Below, in pieces: positions 1-12,280 of a stretch of DNA of 64,000 bases (position 1 is the stretch's first letter; each line of letters opens with the position of its first letter). The notes under the pieces are model-generated. The model was not told the DNA's origin and made no database searches. It saw only the letters and a list, made by a program, of their open reading frames with translations. The position numbers and the translations under genes were made by a program. Source of the stretch: Octopus sinensis (Eukaryota); assembly GCF_006345805.1 (NCBI RefSeq), contig NC_043010.1, positions 13,330,001-13,394,000 of the forward strand, given 5' to 3'.

Positions 1-128
1 CAAACGATGGGAGAAATGCGTAACTCTGGGTTGTTCCTATGCTGAAAAAGACTAATACCTGTGCCAAGTTTCGTTGCTCTACTGCTATGGGAAGTGGATC
101 AGGGGCATTACTTATTGAACGCCCCTCG
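1..128. mobile_element. Terminal end of a mariner-like DNA element (truncated by window edge)
   Basis: Ends ...TTATTGAACGCCCCTCG|TA; reverse complement reads TA|CGAGGGGCGTTCAATAAGT, a mariner-type TIR start next to a TA target. Confidence 0.6.
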
Positions 129-299
129 TATGTGTGTATGTGTGTATGTGTGTATGTATGTATGTATGTATACAGAAGTGTGTGCGTGTATATATAGGTA
201 TTCACATGCAGATATATATGCACATATATATATGTGTGTATGTATGTATGGGCACTCATATTTTGACTTTGGTTTATTCCTGTCTGCACAACTAATATA

Positions 300-349
300 C
301 TACTACTAATATATATGAATATATAAATAATATACACACACACACACAC

Positions 350-390
<41 letters not shown>

Positions 391-425
391 TACATAATAT
401 GTAGATATATATATATATATATAAT

Positions 426-481
<56 letters not shown>

Positions 482-567
482 AATGTGTGTACATCTATAT
501 ATATATATATAATGTATATATATATACATCTATATATATATTTACAGACACACATATACATATACAC

Positions 568-616
<49 letters not shown>

Positions 617-660
617 CATACATACACACACGTGAATATATATAATATATATAACACATA
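300..660. repeat. Compound (TA)n/(CA)n microsatellite, representative of dozens of such tracts across the window
   Basis: Directly visible; explains the YI/HT/VC-rich ORFs in the track. Confidence 0.95.
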
Positions 661-959
661 TTCACAGTAAACCAAGCTTTCAGTTTACTTCTCTCAATTC
701 CACTATTTATTCCAGGAGTGACCATCTCCTCTGTACATTATCGTTATGTAACTAAACTGGATTGTTAGCTATGACCTCATAAAGAATAGTTGAGGGAAAG
801 TTTATTTAAAACAGCATTAAATCTTATATGCAAAGCATTAATTTGCACATCCGCATAATATTACGTTGATTTTTTATTTTTATTTCTTGCCTTTTTTTTT
901 TCTTTTTTTTACAAAATTCTTTCCTACAGATCAAAATCACTTACCTGATGATACTGTGC

Positions 960-1110
960 TAGCCAGGTCCCAATAACTAACTTCTTAACCATTGCCATTC
1001 TCAGTCCCTTCGATCGAAACACTCTCTTTCAAATTTCAAATATTTCCTGAAGTTCTGCAGTTGATTCTGTAATGAAAGGTCATCTGCGTATAGCAGTTCC
1101 CTGTATATCA
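960..1110 (-). pseudogene. Degenerate RTE-clade LINE reverse transcriptase fragment (YADD motif)
   Basis: Minus strand reads ELLYADDL (1076-1099) then, after a frameshift, ESTAELQEIFEI*KRVFRSKGLRMAMVKKLV, matching the RTE RT region after the catalytic loop. Confidence 0.8.
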
Positions 1111-2029
1111 AGTTTTACATGCTTCCACGAGAGATTCACATTTTTACTGCCATTGCAGAATTCTCTCACTCAGTATCAGTTAACCCTTCTGATACTAAAC
1201 TGTCTGAAGTTGCCTCAAGATCTACGATACAAAGCATAACTTTATATTTTTGTTTTTGTATCTTTTAATATTTAAATATAAACCCTGAAATGTAATTTTT
1301 CCTAAGAAGTTATTATTAAGTTATAATCATCCAAACACCATCTTAATTATAGAAGAATTAATTATTTTAATATCCACTTTCAAATTCTTGATTATTTCCA
1401 AACATTCTTGAAACATATAAGCAGTGCATTTCACTGGAACCATGGTAATGAAATAATTAAATAGCCAGGGTCTTAACAGCTACATCACATAACTTTGACA
1501 ATATTCTTGTATAATACTATCACTACAACTACTACAACTACTACTGCTGTTGCTACTACCATTATTTTATCTACTTCAGAAACAGTGAAAGACTGCTATA
1601 GTATTGATGGCAAGATTTGCACCTAGAACATCAAACTACCAAACTAAACAATCTTGTATTATCCAGTCTAGTTTCCCTGCAAACTATTCAGGTTCACGTA
1701 TGATAGTAAGAAGAAAAGGATTAGAAACAGAACCCCAATGAATATTTACTCACTTTTCAAAATCTGTGTGGTCTGTATGATAAACACTCAATCTACTCCA
1801 GCAGACAGACAGACAGATAGACAGACAGCCAGGCAGCTAAATCTTTACAGTCAGGAAGTATCTTATGGATTAGACGACTACAACCTTACCTAAAGAAAGT
1901 GAATTGCTTTATCACAGGAATCATTAAAAACTATTAATATTTTCCATTAACATCTGGAATTACAGAATGGAAATGATGAAGCATATATTTACATGAACAG
2001 CATGAACGTTGGTGATGTTGTTCAGAATG

Positions 2030-2085
<56 letters not shown>

Positions 2086-2400
2086 GTGTGTGTGTGTGTG
2101 TGAGTGTGAGGTGTGTGAGGTGTGTGGTGTGAGTGTTGTGGGAGTGATGTGAGTGTGTGTGTGTGTGTGTGTGAGTGTGTGGTGAGCTGTGGGTGAGTGT
2201 GTTGTGTGTGTTTGTGTCTGTGTGTGTGTGTGTGTGTGAGTGTGTGGAGTGAGTGTGGTGTGTGAGTGTGTGTGTGTGTGAGTGTGTGCATCGGCAATGA
2301 ATACAGAAATAGGGAAAAGTGGTTTATATTTACCACACATGTGAATACAGCTGAGGATTGTCAGATTCAAGATATACATACATACATACACACACACACC

Positions 2401-2452
<52 letters not shown>

Positions 2453-2624
2453 TTACAATAGGCACAAATACACTGACGTTACTGGGAACGTGGTTCACAG
2501 TGTGTATTGGCCACAAACTTGTAGGAAAACACACTGTTAATGAAAATATGGTTTATATTTACCACAACCAATAAATACAGCTAGTGTGTTGCAAGACATG
2601 ATCAAAGTTGCCTCTAATGTGTTT

Positions 2625-2710
<86 letters not shown>

Positions 2711-2960
2711 GGATGGATGGATGGCTAGATAGATAACTTTCTTTATTGGCCACACATGGCTGGACACAGAGGGGACAATTACAAATGTAGAGCTTTTTTC
2801 TTTTCGAAGATAGAAAAGGAAAAAGAAGAAGAAAAAAGGAAACAAATGTAAAATTTCGATCAAAAGGGATCGGAAGAAAAAAAAAGCGATCAAAAGGGAT
2901 CGCGTATCACAGAAGAAAAAAATTATTTTTATTTTCAAAGTAACAAACAAGATTAGGTTC
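2625..2960 (-). mobile_element. 3' end of a retroposon with (GATA)n tail; second copy at 41808-42130
   Basis: (GATA)n followed by TTTCTTTATTGGyCACACAkGG..GACACAGAGGGGACAATTACAA, shared with 41.8 kb. Confidence 0.6.
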
Positions 2961-3057
2961 ATCCGTGGAAGATAGATAGAGAGAGAGAGAGAGAGAGAGT
3001 GAGAGAGAGAGAGACAGAGACAGACAGACAGACAGACAGATAGACAGACAGAATATG

Positions 3058-3215
3058 CATGGCAGTATGGTTAAGAACTTGGCTTCCCAACCATGCAGTT
3101 TTTGGTTCAGTCCTACATGGCAGCACCATAGGCAAGTTCCTTCTACTATAGCTTGAGTCCAATCAAAGCATTGTGAGTGGATTTGGTTGATGGAAACTAA
3201 AAGAAACCTGTTGTA
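3058..3215 (+). mobile_element. SINE family A, degenerate tRNA-like head
   Basis: Similar to the head of the complete copies at 34.8 and 59.8 kb (GGTTCAGTCC, GGCAAGT, GTGAGTGGATTTGG). Confidence 0.75.
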
Positions 3216-4797
3216 TATGTATATATAAACGTGAGTGTGTGTGTGTGCTCACATGCGCACATGTGTGTGTCTGTGTCTCCGCATGTTTGTTTCCATTTGA
3301 GAATCAACAAACGTTGCTGGCTGCAAATTGTTGTTGTCATTTATTCTGTCAACAAATCACCTGCTTACTTCGTACCTTCAAAGATATGCGAAATAAAGGA
3401 TCCCTTACCTGAGAAACAAGTAAAGGTTTGTGACAGGAAGAGCATCAAAATGGAAAACAGTGCCACAGTTATGTATAGGCTAGCCCATGATAACATAGAC
3501 AAAAACCAGACTTGAAAATGGATGCAATACACATGTGTGTGTGTATGTGTGTATGTATGTGTGTGTTTGTGTGTGTGTGTGTTTGTGTGTGTGTGTATGC
3601 GTGTGTGTGTGTGTGTTTGTGTGTTTGTGTGTGTGCATGTGTGTGTGTGTGTGTGTGTGTGTATGTTTGTGTGTTTGTGTGTGTATAATTACCCATGATG
3701 GTGGCACTTAAAAGCACCCGTGCTGATGAGTTGTAAAAGACACCCACTATATTCTCTCAGATTGGTTGGCATAAGGAAGAGCCTCCAGCTGCTGTAACCT
3801 GGCCAATACAGCTCTCCAGCTTACAAGTTCTAGTCAAACCATCTAACCCATGCCAGCATTGAAAGACGACACTAAATGATGATGAATCCAGGTAGTAGTA
3901 CGTCTGATGATGTGAGGCTTTAAGTATATACAATTATTGCTCAGATTTACATGTTGCCTGAACTCCAACTTGAACTGCAACTCAAAAAAGCAGGCGTGTC
4001 ATAGCTGCCTAATGGAAATTGGCTATAGGTAGTGCTTCTATTGAGCAGGTACATGTATAGTAGAATAAAAGTATAAACAAGCAAACAACTGGTGTCAGAC
4101 CAGATTATGACATTTATATATTTAAACATTGACATAACATGAGGGTAGAATTGAATGTTACAGGAGTTTAGATCACAAGAGGTCACTAAAAGATTCATTG
4201 AGGAATGAACGTAAAGCTTATGGTACATGTTGCCATTCTACAGGAATAGTTATACAGTAAGTCCTAATTATTAGAGTAAGGTAAAGTTAGTCATCATAGG
4301 TAGATAAAATCCAAAACCAGATGAGGAAAAAGGAAGAAGGAAAGAAGGTGTTCAGATAATCTCTTACAGCTGTTTCAAGAAATAATGCACATATGTTGCA
4401 TTTCTCTGCAGGCAAGCTGCCAATAGGAAAATGGTCATGCACAATCAACAAATTAGATTAATTATAGGAGATGTGTGTGTGTGGTGTGTGTGTGTGTGTG
4501 TGTGTGTGTGTGCACTTGTCAGTATCTATATCCGTGCTTGTGCCTCACAGATTAAATTGATGTAAACTCCATGAGGCATTTACTACATAAAAGAAATTAA
4601 CTTCTTTAGTAGATAAAACTTAACCATTTGATATTAATTGAGGTCAATAAAATGAGATAAAAGACTAAGCAGAGAGGTTAATATAATTGACTAAATTAAT
4701 TGAAAGAGGTCCCACCATAACCACAGTCCAATGACTAAAACAACAAAATAAAAAAAGCAATACAACACACACACACACACACATATTATATATATAT

Positions 4798-4845
<48 letters not shown>

Positions 4846-4970
4846 TATATGTATATATATATATGTATGTATATATATATATGTATATATATATGTGTAT
4901 ATATATATGTGTATTATATATGTGTATATATATATGTGTATATATATATGTATATATATATATGTATGTA

Positions 4971-5005
<35 letters not shown>

Positions 5006-5056
5006 TATTATGTATATATATATTATGTATATATATGTATGTATATATATATATTG

Positions 5057-5088
<32 letters not shown>

Positions 5089-5342
5089 ATTATATATGTA
5101 TATATATATATATATAATATATTATATATATATATGGGGAAAAAAGGGAAAACGATGATTAATTATGAGCTTCATTGTCTTACGGCTGTTTCTGCTATGA
5201 GATGCAGTGGACTCATAGCAGAATGCCTGAATAACATCCCGTAGCTTCATTGGTACCTCAAATTTGAAATGCTATTTATTCTGGAAAAAATTAATTACAT
5301 TTGTGCAATATACCAATGCATGTGTGTGAATATATATATATA

Positions 5343-5513
5343 TATAAACAACTTATAAATAAGGGCAAACGAAAAAATTTCTAATGCCAAATATGCCAAA
5401 ATTGGAACTATTGTCCATACCATATAATTTTATGGTTATGGACAATAGTTCCAATTTCGGCATATTTGGCATTAGAAATTTTTTCGTTTGCCCTTATTTA
5501 TAAGTTGTTTATA
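5343..5513. repeat. Near-perfect fold-back palindrome, arms about 82 bp
   Basis: 5343-5424 is the reverse complement of 5431-5513 with about 2 differences; 6-nt spacer; abuts (TA)n. Confidence 0.95.
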
Positions 5514-5895
5514 ATTCTAACCCTTAAATGTATTTTTTAATATGCTGGCCATTGATAAAATTTTTTTTTTGAAAACAATTTATCCCACATTAAATATATA
5601 TATATATATATACATACTAGTATAACACTGACTTTCCAGACATTGGTGATCTGAAACTTCTTATAATCCACACTAATCTATGAGCAGGAACTTCAACTTC
5701 CTATGGCCAGCAGCCTAGTTCACTGGAACCTTACATAGACTAGTACCTCGCATAATACATTATTAATAAACTTATATCATTTACATAAAAGTACAGGCAC
5801 CTGTACATTAGTATAAATAAATTTACACTAATGTACAGGTGCCTGTACTTTTGTAAATAAATTTACACTAAAAGTTATTTAAATAAATTTGATAC

Positions 5896-6000
5896 TTGTT
5901 TAATTCAAAGTGTGTTGACCAAGGTGACCACCCCTGTTCAGAAATAGCAATGATCTGGAAAGGCGTTGGAATGAAAGGCTCCAGAAAACCAATGTTGTAC
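5896..6000 (-). CDS. Candidate internal exon, FN3-like with WSxWS motif
   Basis: TACAG acceptor (6001-6005), 105-nt frame-preserving exon, GTATCA donor; reads YNIGFLEPFIPTPFQIIAISEQGWSPWSTHFELN, with the spacing of FN3 E-F-G strands. Confidence 0.4.
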
Positions 6001-6345
6001 CTGTATTTAATTATATTTCATACATATTTTGAATTATATTTGTAATGTTCATATGTTCATTGCATTCTGTATCTCTACTTTTTGTCCCAATTCTTTTCCC
6101 TTTTATTTTGACCTGTTTTCAGGTCAAAATAACAGCTATTCCGAAGCACTATAAAGATTTTAGTCAATAAATTTTGACACTCATAAATTAATCTGCAGCT
6201 TCTTGAATCGAACCCTATTTAGCAAATATCTGTGTTCCCTTGTTGAGGAATTATTTCTCATTGTAGAGTAAATACCGTGGGGAAACTTCGCTGATAAGCA
6301 CACACAAATATCTACACACACACAAAAATATATATACATATATGT

Positions 6346-6731
6346 GTGGAAGCACTCCGTCGGTTACGACGACGAGGGTTCCAGTTGATCCGAATCAACG
6401 GAACAGCCTGCTCATGAAATTAACGTGTAAGTGGCTGAGCACTCCACAGACACGTGTACCCTTAACGTAGTTCTCGGGGATATTCAGCGTGACACAGAGA
6501 GTGACAAGGCCGGCCCTTTGAAATACAGGTACAACAGAAACAGGAAGTAAGAGTGAGAGTAAGTTGTGGTGAAAGAGTACAGCAGGGATCACCACCATCT
6601 CCTGCCGGAGCCTCGTGGTACTTTTAGGTGTTTTCGCTCAATAAACACTCACAACGCCCAGTCTGGGAATCAAAACCACAATCCTATGACCGCGAGTCCG
6701 CTGCCGTAACCACTGGGCCATTGCGCCTCCA
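6346..6731 (-). mobile_element. Full-length tRNA-derived SINE, family C
   Basis: Head GGCGCAATGGCCCAGTGGTTA... (A-box) and GTTTTGATTCCC (B-box-like); tail ...CGTCGTAACCGACGGAGTGC. Confidence 0.9.
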
Positions 6732-7204
6732 CATACATATATACACACATATGCACACACACACATATACATCATCATCATCATCATCATGTAACGTCCA
6801 TTGGACAGTTTGACCAGATCTGACAAACAGGGGAGCTACACAAGACTCCTGGTTGCCCTTCTTAATGCCAACTACTTTATAGAGTGTGCTGGGCACTTTC
6901 GCAAGGCCCCACACAGGCACTTTTATGTGGTGTAGACTGCTTGAGTGGGTGGCTTTAAATGAGTACTCAAGCTTCCAAGAATAACAACCAAATTTCCAAT
7001 AAATCACATCCTACCATTTTAGTTTAGACATTGGTTAATATAGTCCTAAGATAACTGAAAAAAAAAATGATGGGACGGTTAAACACAATGACATGCCCAT
7101 GTACACAAACATATAAGTATATATGAGTTTGGGTGCATGTTGGGATAATCTTATTTGCAACACATTCTATCCAAGGTCAGCTCATTAAGTAAAGACTGAA
7201 GACC

Positions 7205-7450
7205 AATAGCCCAGTGGTTAGGGTGTTGTACTCATGATTGCCAAATTCTAGTTTCCATTCCTGGACAGAGTGGTGCATTGCATTCTTGGACAAAACACTT
7301 CATCACATGTTATTCCAGTCTACTAAGTTGGCAAAAATGAGTAATACTGTGATGGACCAGCATCCCATACAGGTGGGGATTATGTATGCCATAGAAACTG
7401 GAAAACCAGCCCTTATGAGTTGGTATGATTCAAGAAGGAAAATTTACCTA
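7205..7450 (+). mobile_element. tRNA-derived SINE, family H (related copies 13908-14200 +, 19770-19955 -, 41410-41700 -)
   Basis: GCCCAGTGGTTAGGG head, CTTGGACAAAACACTT central block, GGAAAACCAGCCCTTATGAG tail shared with family B. Confidence 0.7.
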
Positions 7451-8045
7451 TCTACCATTCAGGATAGACTGGTCCTAAACAGACAACAGTACTGTAAAGA
7501 AATGGACCGAGTACCTCGCCAGGGTTTCAAACTTCATACCAACACATACATGGTAAGATTTGTTGAGTATTGTTATTACTCAGTCACAACATATACACAC
7601 ACATACACACACATGCACACATGCACACATGCACACACACACACACATACATGCACACAAACACACACTACACATATGTATATATAATGGGCTTCTTTCA
7701 GTTTCTGTCTATCACAATGTGTGTGTGTGTGTCCTTGTCTAGACTTCATACAATGTTTATAAATAAGCATCATAATCATACCAGCAGGGTGTTCATTTCC
7801 AGTCTTCCGTGAAAAAACACATCTGTCCATGGGGGAAATATTACTTCACTTGCAAAACAAATAAGGGTTGGTGACAAGAAGGGCATCCAGCTGTAGAAAA
7901 ATCTACTTCAACAAATTCCGTCTGACCCATGCAAGCATAGAAAAGTGGACGTTAAAATGATGATAATACTTCAATAAGATATATCATCTAATATTTCATA
8001 ATAGAACAACAATTAATTAGTAACCAATAATATTTTATATTGTAA

Positions 8046-8301
8046 TATCACGCGATCACCATGACCGACCAGGCTATCAGATGTTGCTACACATCGCTTG
8101 TCACAATGTGCTTCAAATGACGCCACCCTGCTGGCTAAGCGAGCAGGCCAACAGAAGAAAGAGTGAGAGAAAGTTGTGGTGAAAGAGTACAGCAGGGATC
8201 GCCACCATCCCCTGTCGGAGCATCGTGGAGCTTTAGGTGTTTTCGCTTAATAAACACTCACAATGCCCGGTCTGGGAATCGAAACCACAATTGCGCCTCC
8301 A
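8046..8301 (-). mobile_element. SINE family C variant (same type as 48868-49158 +)
   Basis: Shares head/core with the 6.3 kb copy and the CGATGTGTAGCAACATCTGAT tail region with the 48.9 kb copy. Confidence 0.85.
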
Positions 8302-8644
8302 CATATTATAATATACTACCTGCTAATTAACACACTATACAGGTGACTTACTACCTTAACACGTACTGTGGAAATCAGGTATATCCGTTCAAAATTTCAT
8401 TACCTTTAATTGAGGAAATCAGTTTTATATACAAATCTATCTTTTATTAAGGAATGTCATGGTTGGTGCTATTTTCTATGGAGATGTGTCGAGTTTATTG
8501 AGGCAACGTGATTTTACAGAAAATACCAAATCTGTTTTTTTTTTTTTGTTTTTTTTTGATAGATATTTGTTAACATCATTACTGGAATAACCACGAAAAT
8601 TCTATTTTGCAGTTAAAGGGCTTGATATGAAGAAAAATACACCA

Positions 8645-9027
8645 ATCATCATCATCATCATCACTACCACCACCTCTACCACCATCATCATTGTCATTGC
8701 TGTCATCATCATAATCATCATCATCATCGTCGTTGTCGTTGTCGTCATCATTATTATCATCATTGTCATCATCGTTGTCAACGTCCTCATCATCGTCATC
8801 GTCATCATTATCATCATTATCATAATCATCATCATCCTCATCACCATGATCATTATCACCATCATTAGTATCACCATCATCACCATCATCACCACCATCA
8901 TCACCATCATTATCATCACATCACCATCATCATTATCATTATCATCACCACCATCATCATCATCTTTATCATCATCATCATCATCTTTATCCTCATAACC
9001 ATCATCATCATCATCATCATCATCATC

Positions 9028-9058
<31 letters not shown>

Positions 9059-9137
9059 TCATCGTTATCATCATCATCATTATCATCCACAACATCATCA
9101 TCATCATCATCACCACCACCACCATCACTATCATCAT
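8645..9137. repeat. Imperfect (CAT/CAC/CGT)n trinucleotide tract, about 490 bp
   Basis: Directly visible; source of the poly-D, poly-I and poly-M ORFs. Confidence 0.95.
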
Positions 9138-9154
9138 TTTTACGTGCACTTTAC

Positions 9155-9241
9155 CTTGTCGATATCGGCGATGTCCAAGCCTCCGTTTCAGTTGCCTCTC
9201 ACGACACACGTAACAGAATACTTTTCCTCCCGTAATATATG
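9155..9241 (-). CDS. Candidate 87-nt exon, unknown protein
   Basis: TTCAG acceptor, AAG|GTAAAG donor, one open frame YITGGKVFCYVCRERQLKRRLGHRRYRQ; unusually CpG-dense for unique sequence here. Confidence 0.35.
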
Positions 9242-9859
9242 CTGAACCTATATTCTAACATTCTAGATATACATGGTCTCATGAGAGAAAACAAACAATA
9301 CTATTACATGATATTCACACCTTTCTTAGAAGGAGTGACACGGACTAGAGCAATCGAAAGACAATTGCGTATATAGACCATGTGATAGGCTTAGCTCACT
9401 GTGTGGTTATTACTTCCACTTTACAGCACACATGGATAAGTCAGTGACAAAATTTCACTAACATATTATGTTTTATAGCTTACCATAATATTTTCTATAT
9501 ATAGTAACTTACTAAAATATAGCATGCTTTATGCTAAGCAATATACAGTACAACCTCATAAATTTAGATGTATGTATCTGTACAGTAACTAACATACATT
9601 TCATCGAAAAAAATTATTATGTAAGAAATTTCTGAGGAATATCAGCTAGATATTGAAATATTATTTCAAGGCTTCAGTTAAAAAATTTTTATTAAATTGC
9701 TCCGCATAAATATCGAGAATTAAATTTTTATCTGTTAACGTCTGAGGCAAACCACAATTCACTGACTACATGCACCATATATATACATATATATATATAA
9801 ATGTATGTATATATATATATATCTGTAAATGTAATATGTGACAATTATTCGGTAGCCAT

Positions 9860-9920
9860 GATAATACTCCGAGTTTCGGATGCCGAGGTGGAAATCCATG
9901 CCACCATCTCTTCAATTATC
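9860..9920 (-). ncRNA. Type I hammerhead-ribozyme-like motif (C3U variant)
   Basis: GATAA-TTGAAGA-GATG..CATCC-GAAA-CTCGGAGT-A-TTATC: helix I GATAA/TTATC, helix II GATG/CATC, quasi-palindromic helix III ACTC/GAGT, GUA cleavage triplet. Confidence 0.6.
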
Positions 9921-10040
9921 CAGCCATCGGAATGATGCTATGAAAAATAAATTCTTCTATTTACATAATATTGAGGTCTCTTTCTTTCTTTTGTTGTCTT
10001 CCCATTTTTATCAATATATATATATAAATGTATGTATACA

Positions 10041-10087
<47 letters not shown>

Positions 10088-10168
10088 TACATATATATAT
10101 TATATATATATATTATATATATATATACATATAATATATATATATATATATATACATATATATATAAT

Positions 10169-10226
<58 letters not shown>

Positions 10227-10243
10227 ATATATATACATATATA

Positions 10244-10292
<49 letters not shown>

Positions 10293-10329
10293 ATATATAT
10301 ATATATAACATATATATATATATATATAT

Positions 10330-10384
<55 letters not shown>

Positions 10385-11049
10385 ATATATTATATATATA
10401 TATACTGCACAGTTCCTAATATGTTGGGAAAATTCTTCTTTTGCATTATAATATAAAAGAAAATGTACAATAAAAAAAAGAACTACTTACATGGATAAAT
10501 ACTGTTGTTATTCTTTAATCATATTCTTTAATCATATTTATAATTGGTGTAATAAAATAGATATGTATCTAGAAAGTCATGAGAGGTCTGTTGGTGGGTG
10601 GGGTGTTGTTGTTTTTTGTTATTGTTGTTTTGTCAATAATTTTACAGCTTCTTAAACATATAAAGATAACTGAAAGGCTCTTTGCTGATGATGCAGTAAA
10701 TCTCCCATCTCCAGTTGATTGCTGAAACTTTAGCAATATTACCGCAAATCGAAAAAGGTGTGTGTGTGTGTGTGTAATATATTGAGATATGGAATTTATA
10801 TGAAGAATTTACAGAAGGAAATTTAAAATGTATGCATCCTGTCACCCTGTTGGTTGGAGATCCTTAAATATTCTCGATCATTTCAACACTGGGTCATTCT
10901 AGGTCAATGGGTCATTCTACTGAGCTACCTAGCAGGTTAACTAATCCCCTAAGAAGTTTTTAAAGATGAGGACTTAATTACATTTCATGAAAATCCGTCC
11001 CATCACATCACCAACCAAGCTTAATTTTAGCTTGATGTAACAGTCCTTT

Positions 11050-11086
<37 letters not shown>

Positions 11087-11249
11087 CACAATTACTGGAA
11101 TAAACAGAAATTACTGGGATGCCATGAAATATGAGCCCCAATCAAAATGTAACCTGTTTAGAATTTACTTCAAATAGGAATTCATCTGTCACCCAAAGAA
11201 ATTTTACAAAATATAAACTGATCAGATAGCTTTCATACTGATAACTTCA

Positions 11250-11530
11250 TACTATCTATCTATCCGCTCAGTCGAAGTCGACTCTCGGTTACTCGTTGGA
11301 TCAGTGTCCTCCAGTCAGTTCTATCCTGGGCCGCTTCTTTCAGATTGGCTATGTCCATTCCGGTATCACTCTTGATGGTGTCAAGCCAGCGGGTTCTTGG
11401 TCGGCCTCTTCCTCTCTTGCCACTGACCATTCCAAGCATGATGTCCTTCTCCAGGGATTTTCTCTGCAAAATATGACCAAAATATGCCAATCTATGCTCT
11501 GTGATCCTAGGTTCTAGTGACATTTTCGGC
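11250..11530 (-). mobile_element. 3' end of RTE/BovB-like LINE
   Basis: ORF 11260-11523 reads RLAYFGHILQRKSLEKDIMLGMVSGKRGRGRPRTRWLDTIK...QDRTDWR, the typical RTE C-terminus; ends in a short (GATA)n tail. Confidence 0.9.
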
Positions 11531-11761
11531 CTGATCTGCTTAAGAACTTCATACTACTTGACTCTTTTGAGTTCAATCTGCCTGGGACCACCCTGTTTTT
11601 ATGATAGATTCATTTTAAAGTATTTGTATGAAGAACTTCTTGTTAATCTTTTTCTTACCATATTTCTCTTGAAACATATGATCTTCATGTCAATTTATTT
11701 TGAAAATTATGAAGAACTTGGTAAAATAACTTTGCCATTATCCCACTGGTGTCTGGTATAA

Positions 11762-11980
11762 AGGCAGTGAGATGGCAGAATCATTAGCATGCTTAGCAAA
11801 ATGCTTGGCAGCATATCATCCATCTTTACACTTTGAGTTCAAATTCCACTGAAGTCAATGTTGCCTTTCATCCTTTTAAGGTTAATGAAATAAGTACCAG
11901 TTGAACACTGGGGTCAATGTAATTGACTAGTCCCTTCCCACAGAATTTCAGGCCTTGTGCATATAGTTGGAAGGATTAAG
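11762..11980 (+). mobile_element. SINE family D (also 18690-18818 -, 39480-39600 +, 63350-63440 +)
   Basis: GAGTTCAAATTCC B-box and TTGCCTTTCATCC...TAAGTACCAG central domain. Confidence 0.75.
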
Positions 11981-12169
11981 CTGGTGTCTAGTACAAATTA
12001 ACATGAGATTTTAATGGACAGTTTTATTTTAGGTCACTTAAAAACAGAAAGTTTGTATCAGAGAATGAGAAATGGCCTTGGATGGGTTGATATCAAAAGG
12101 GTTAAGTTATTTTCCAAATACCAACTTAATAATGAGGAAGTTAGCTGCTTTACTAAATCCTTCCAAATA

Positions 12170-12280
12170 CTTGTTTATTTTCAAAATTTATTGAAATTTA
12201 TTTTCAAAATTCTTGTTTATTTTCAAAATTTATCGAAATTTATTTTCAAAATTATTGTTTATTTTCAAAATTTATCGAAA
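12170..12280. repeat. About 42-bp AT-rich tandem repeat, about 2.7 copies
   Basis: Unit TTGTTTATTTTCAAAATTTATyGAAATTTATTTTCAAAATT repeated. Confidence 0.85.

Noticed and set aside
945-1221. Apparent minus-strand exon with a GTAAGT donor at 939-944
   Set aside because: No frame stays open across it; the protein-like part is the RTE YADD remnant.
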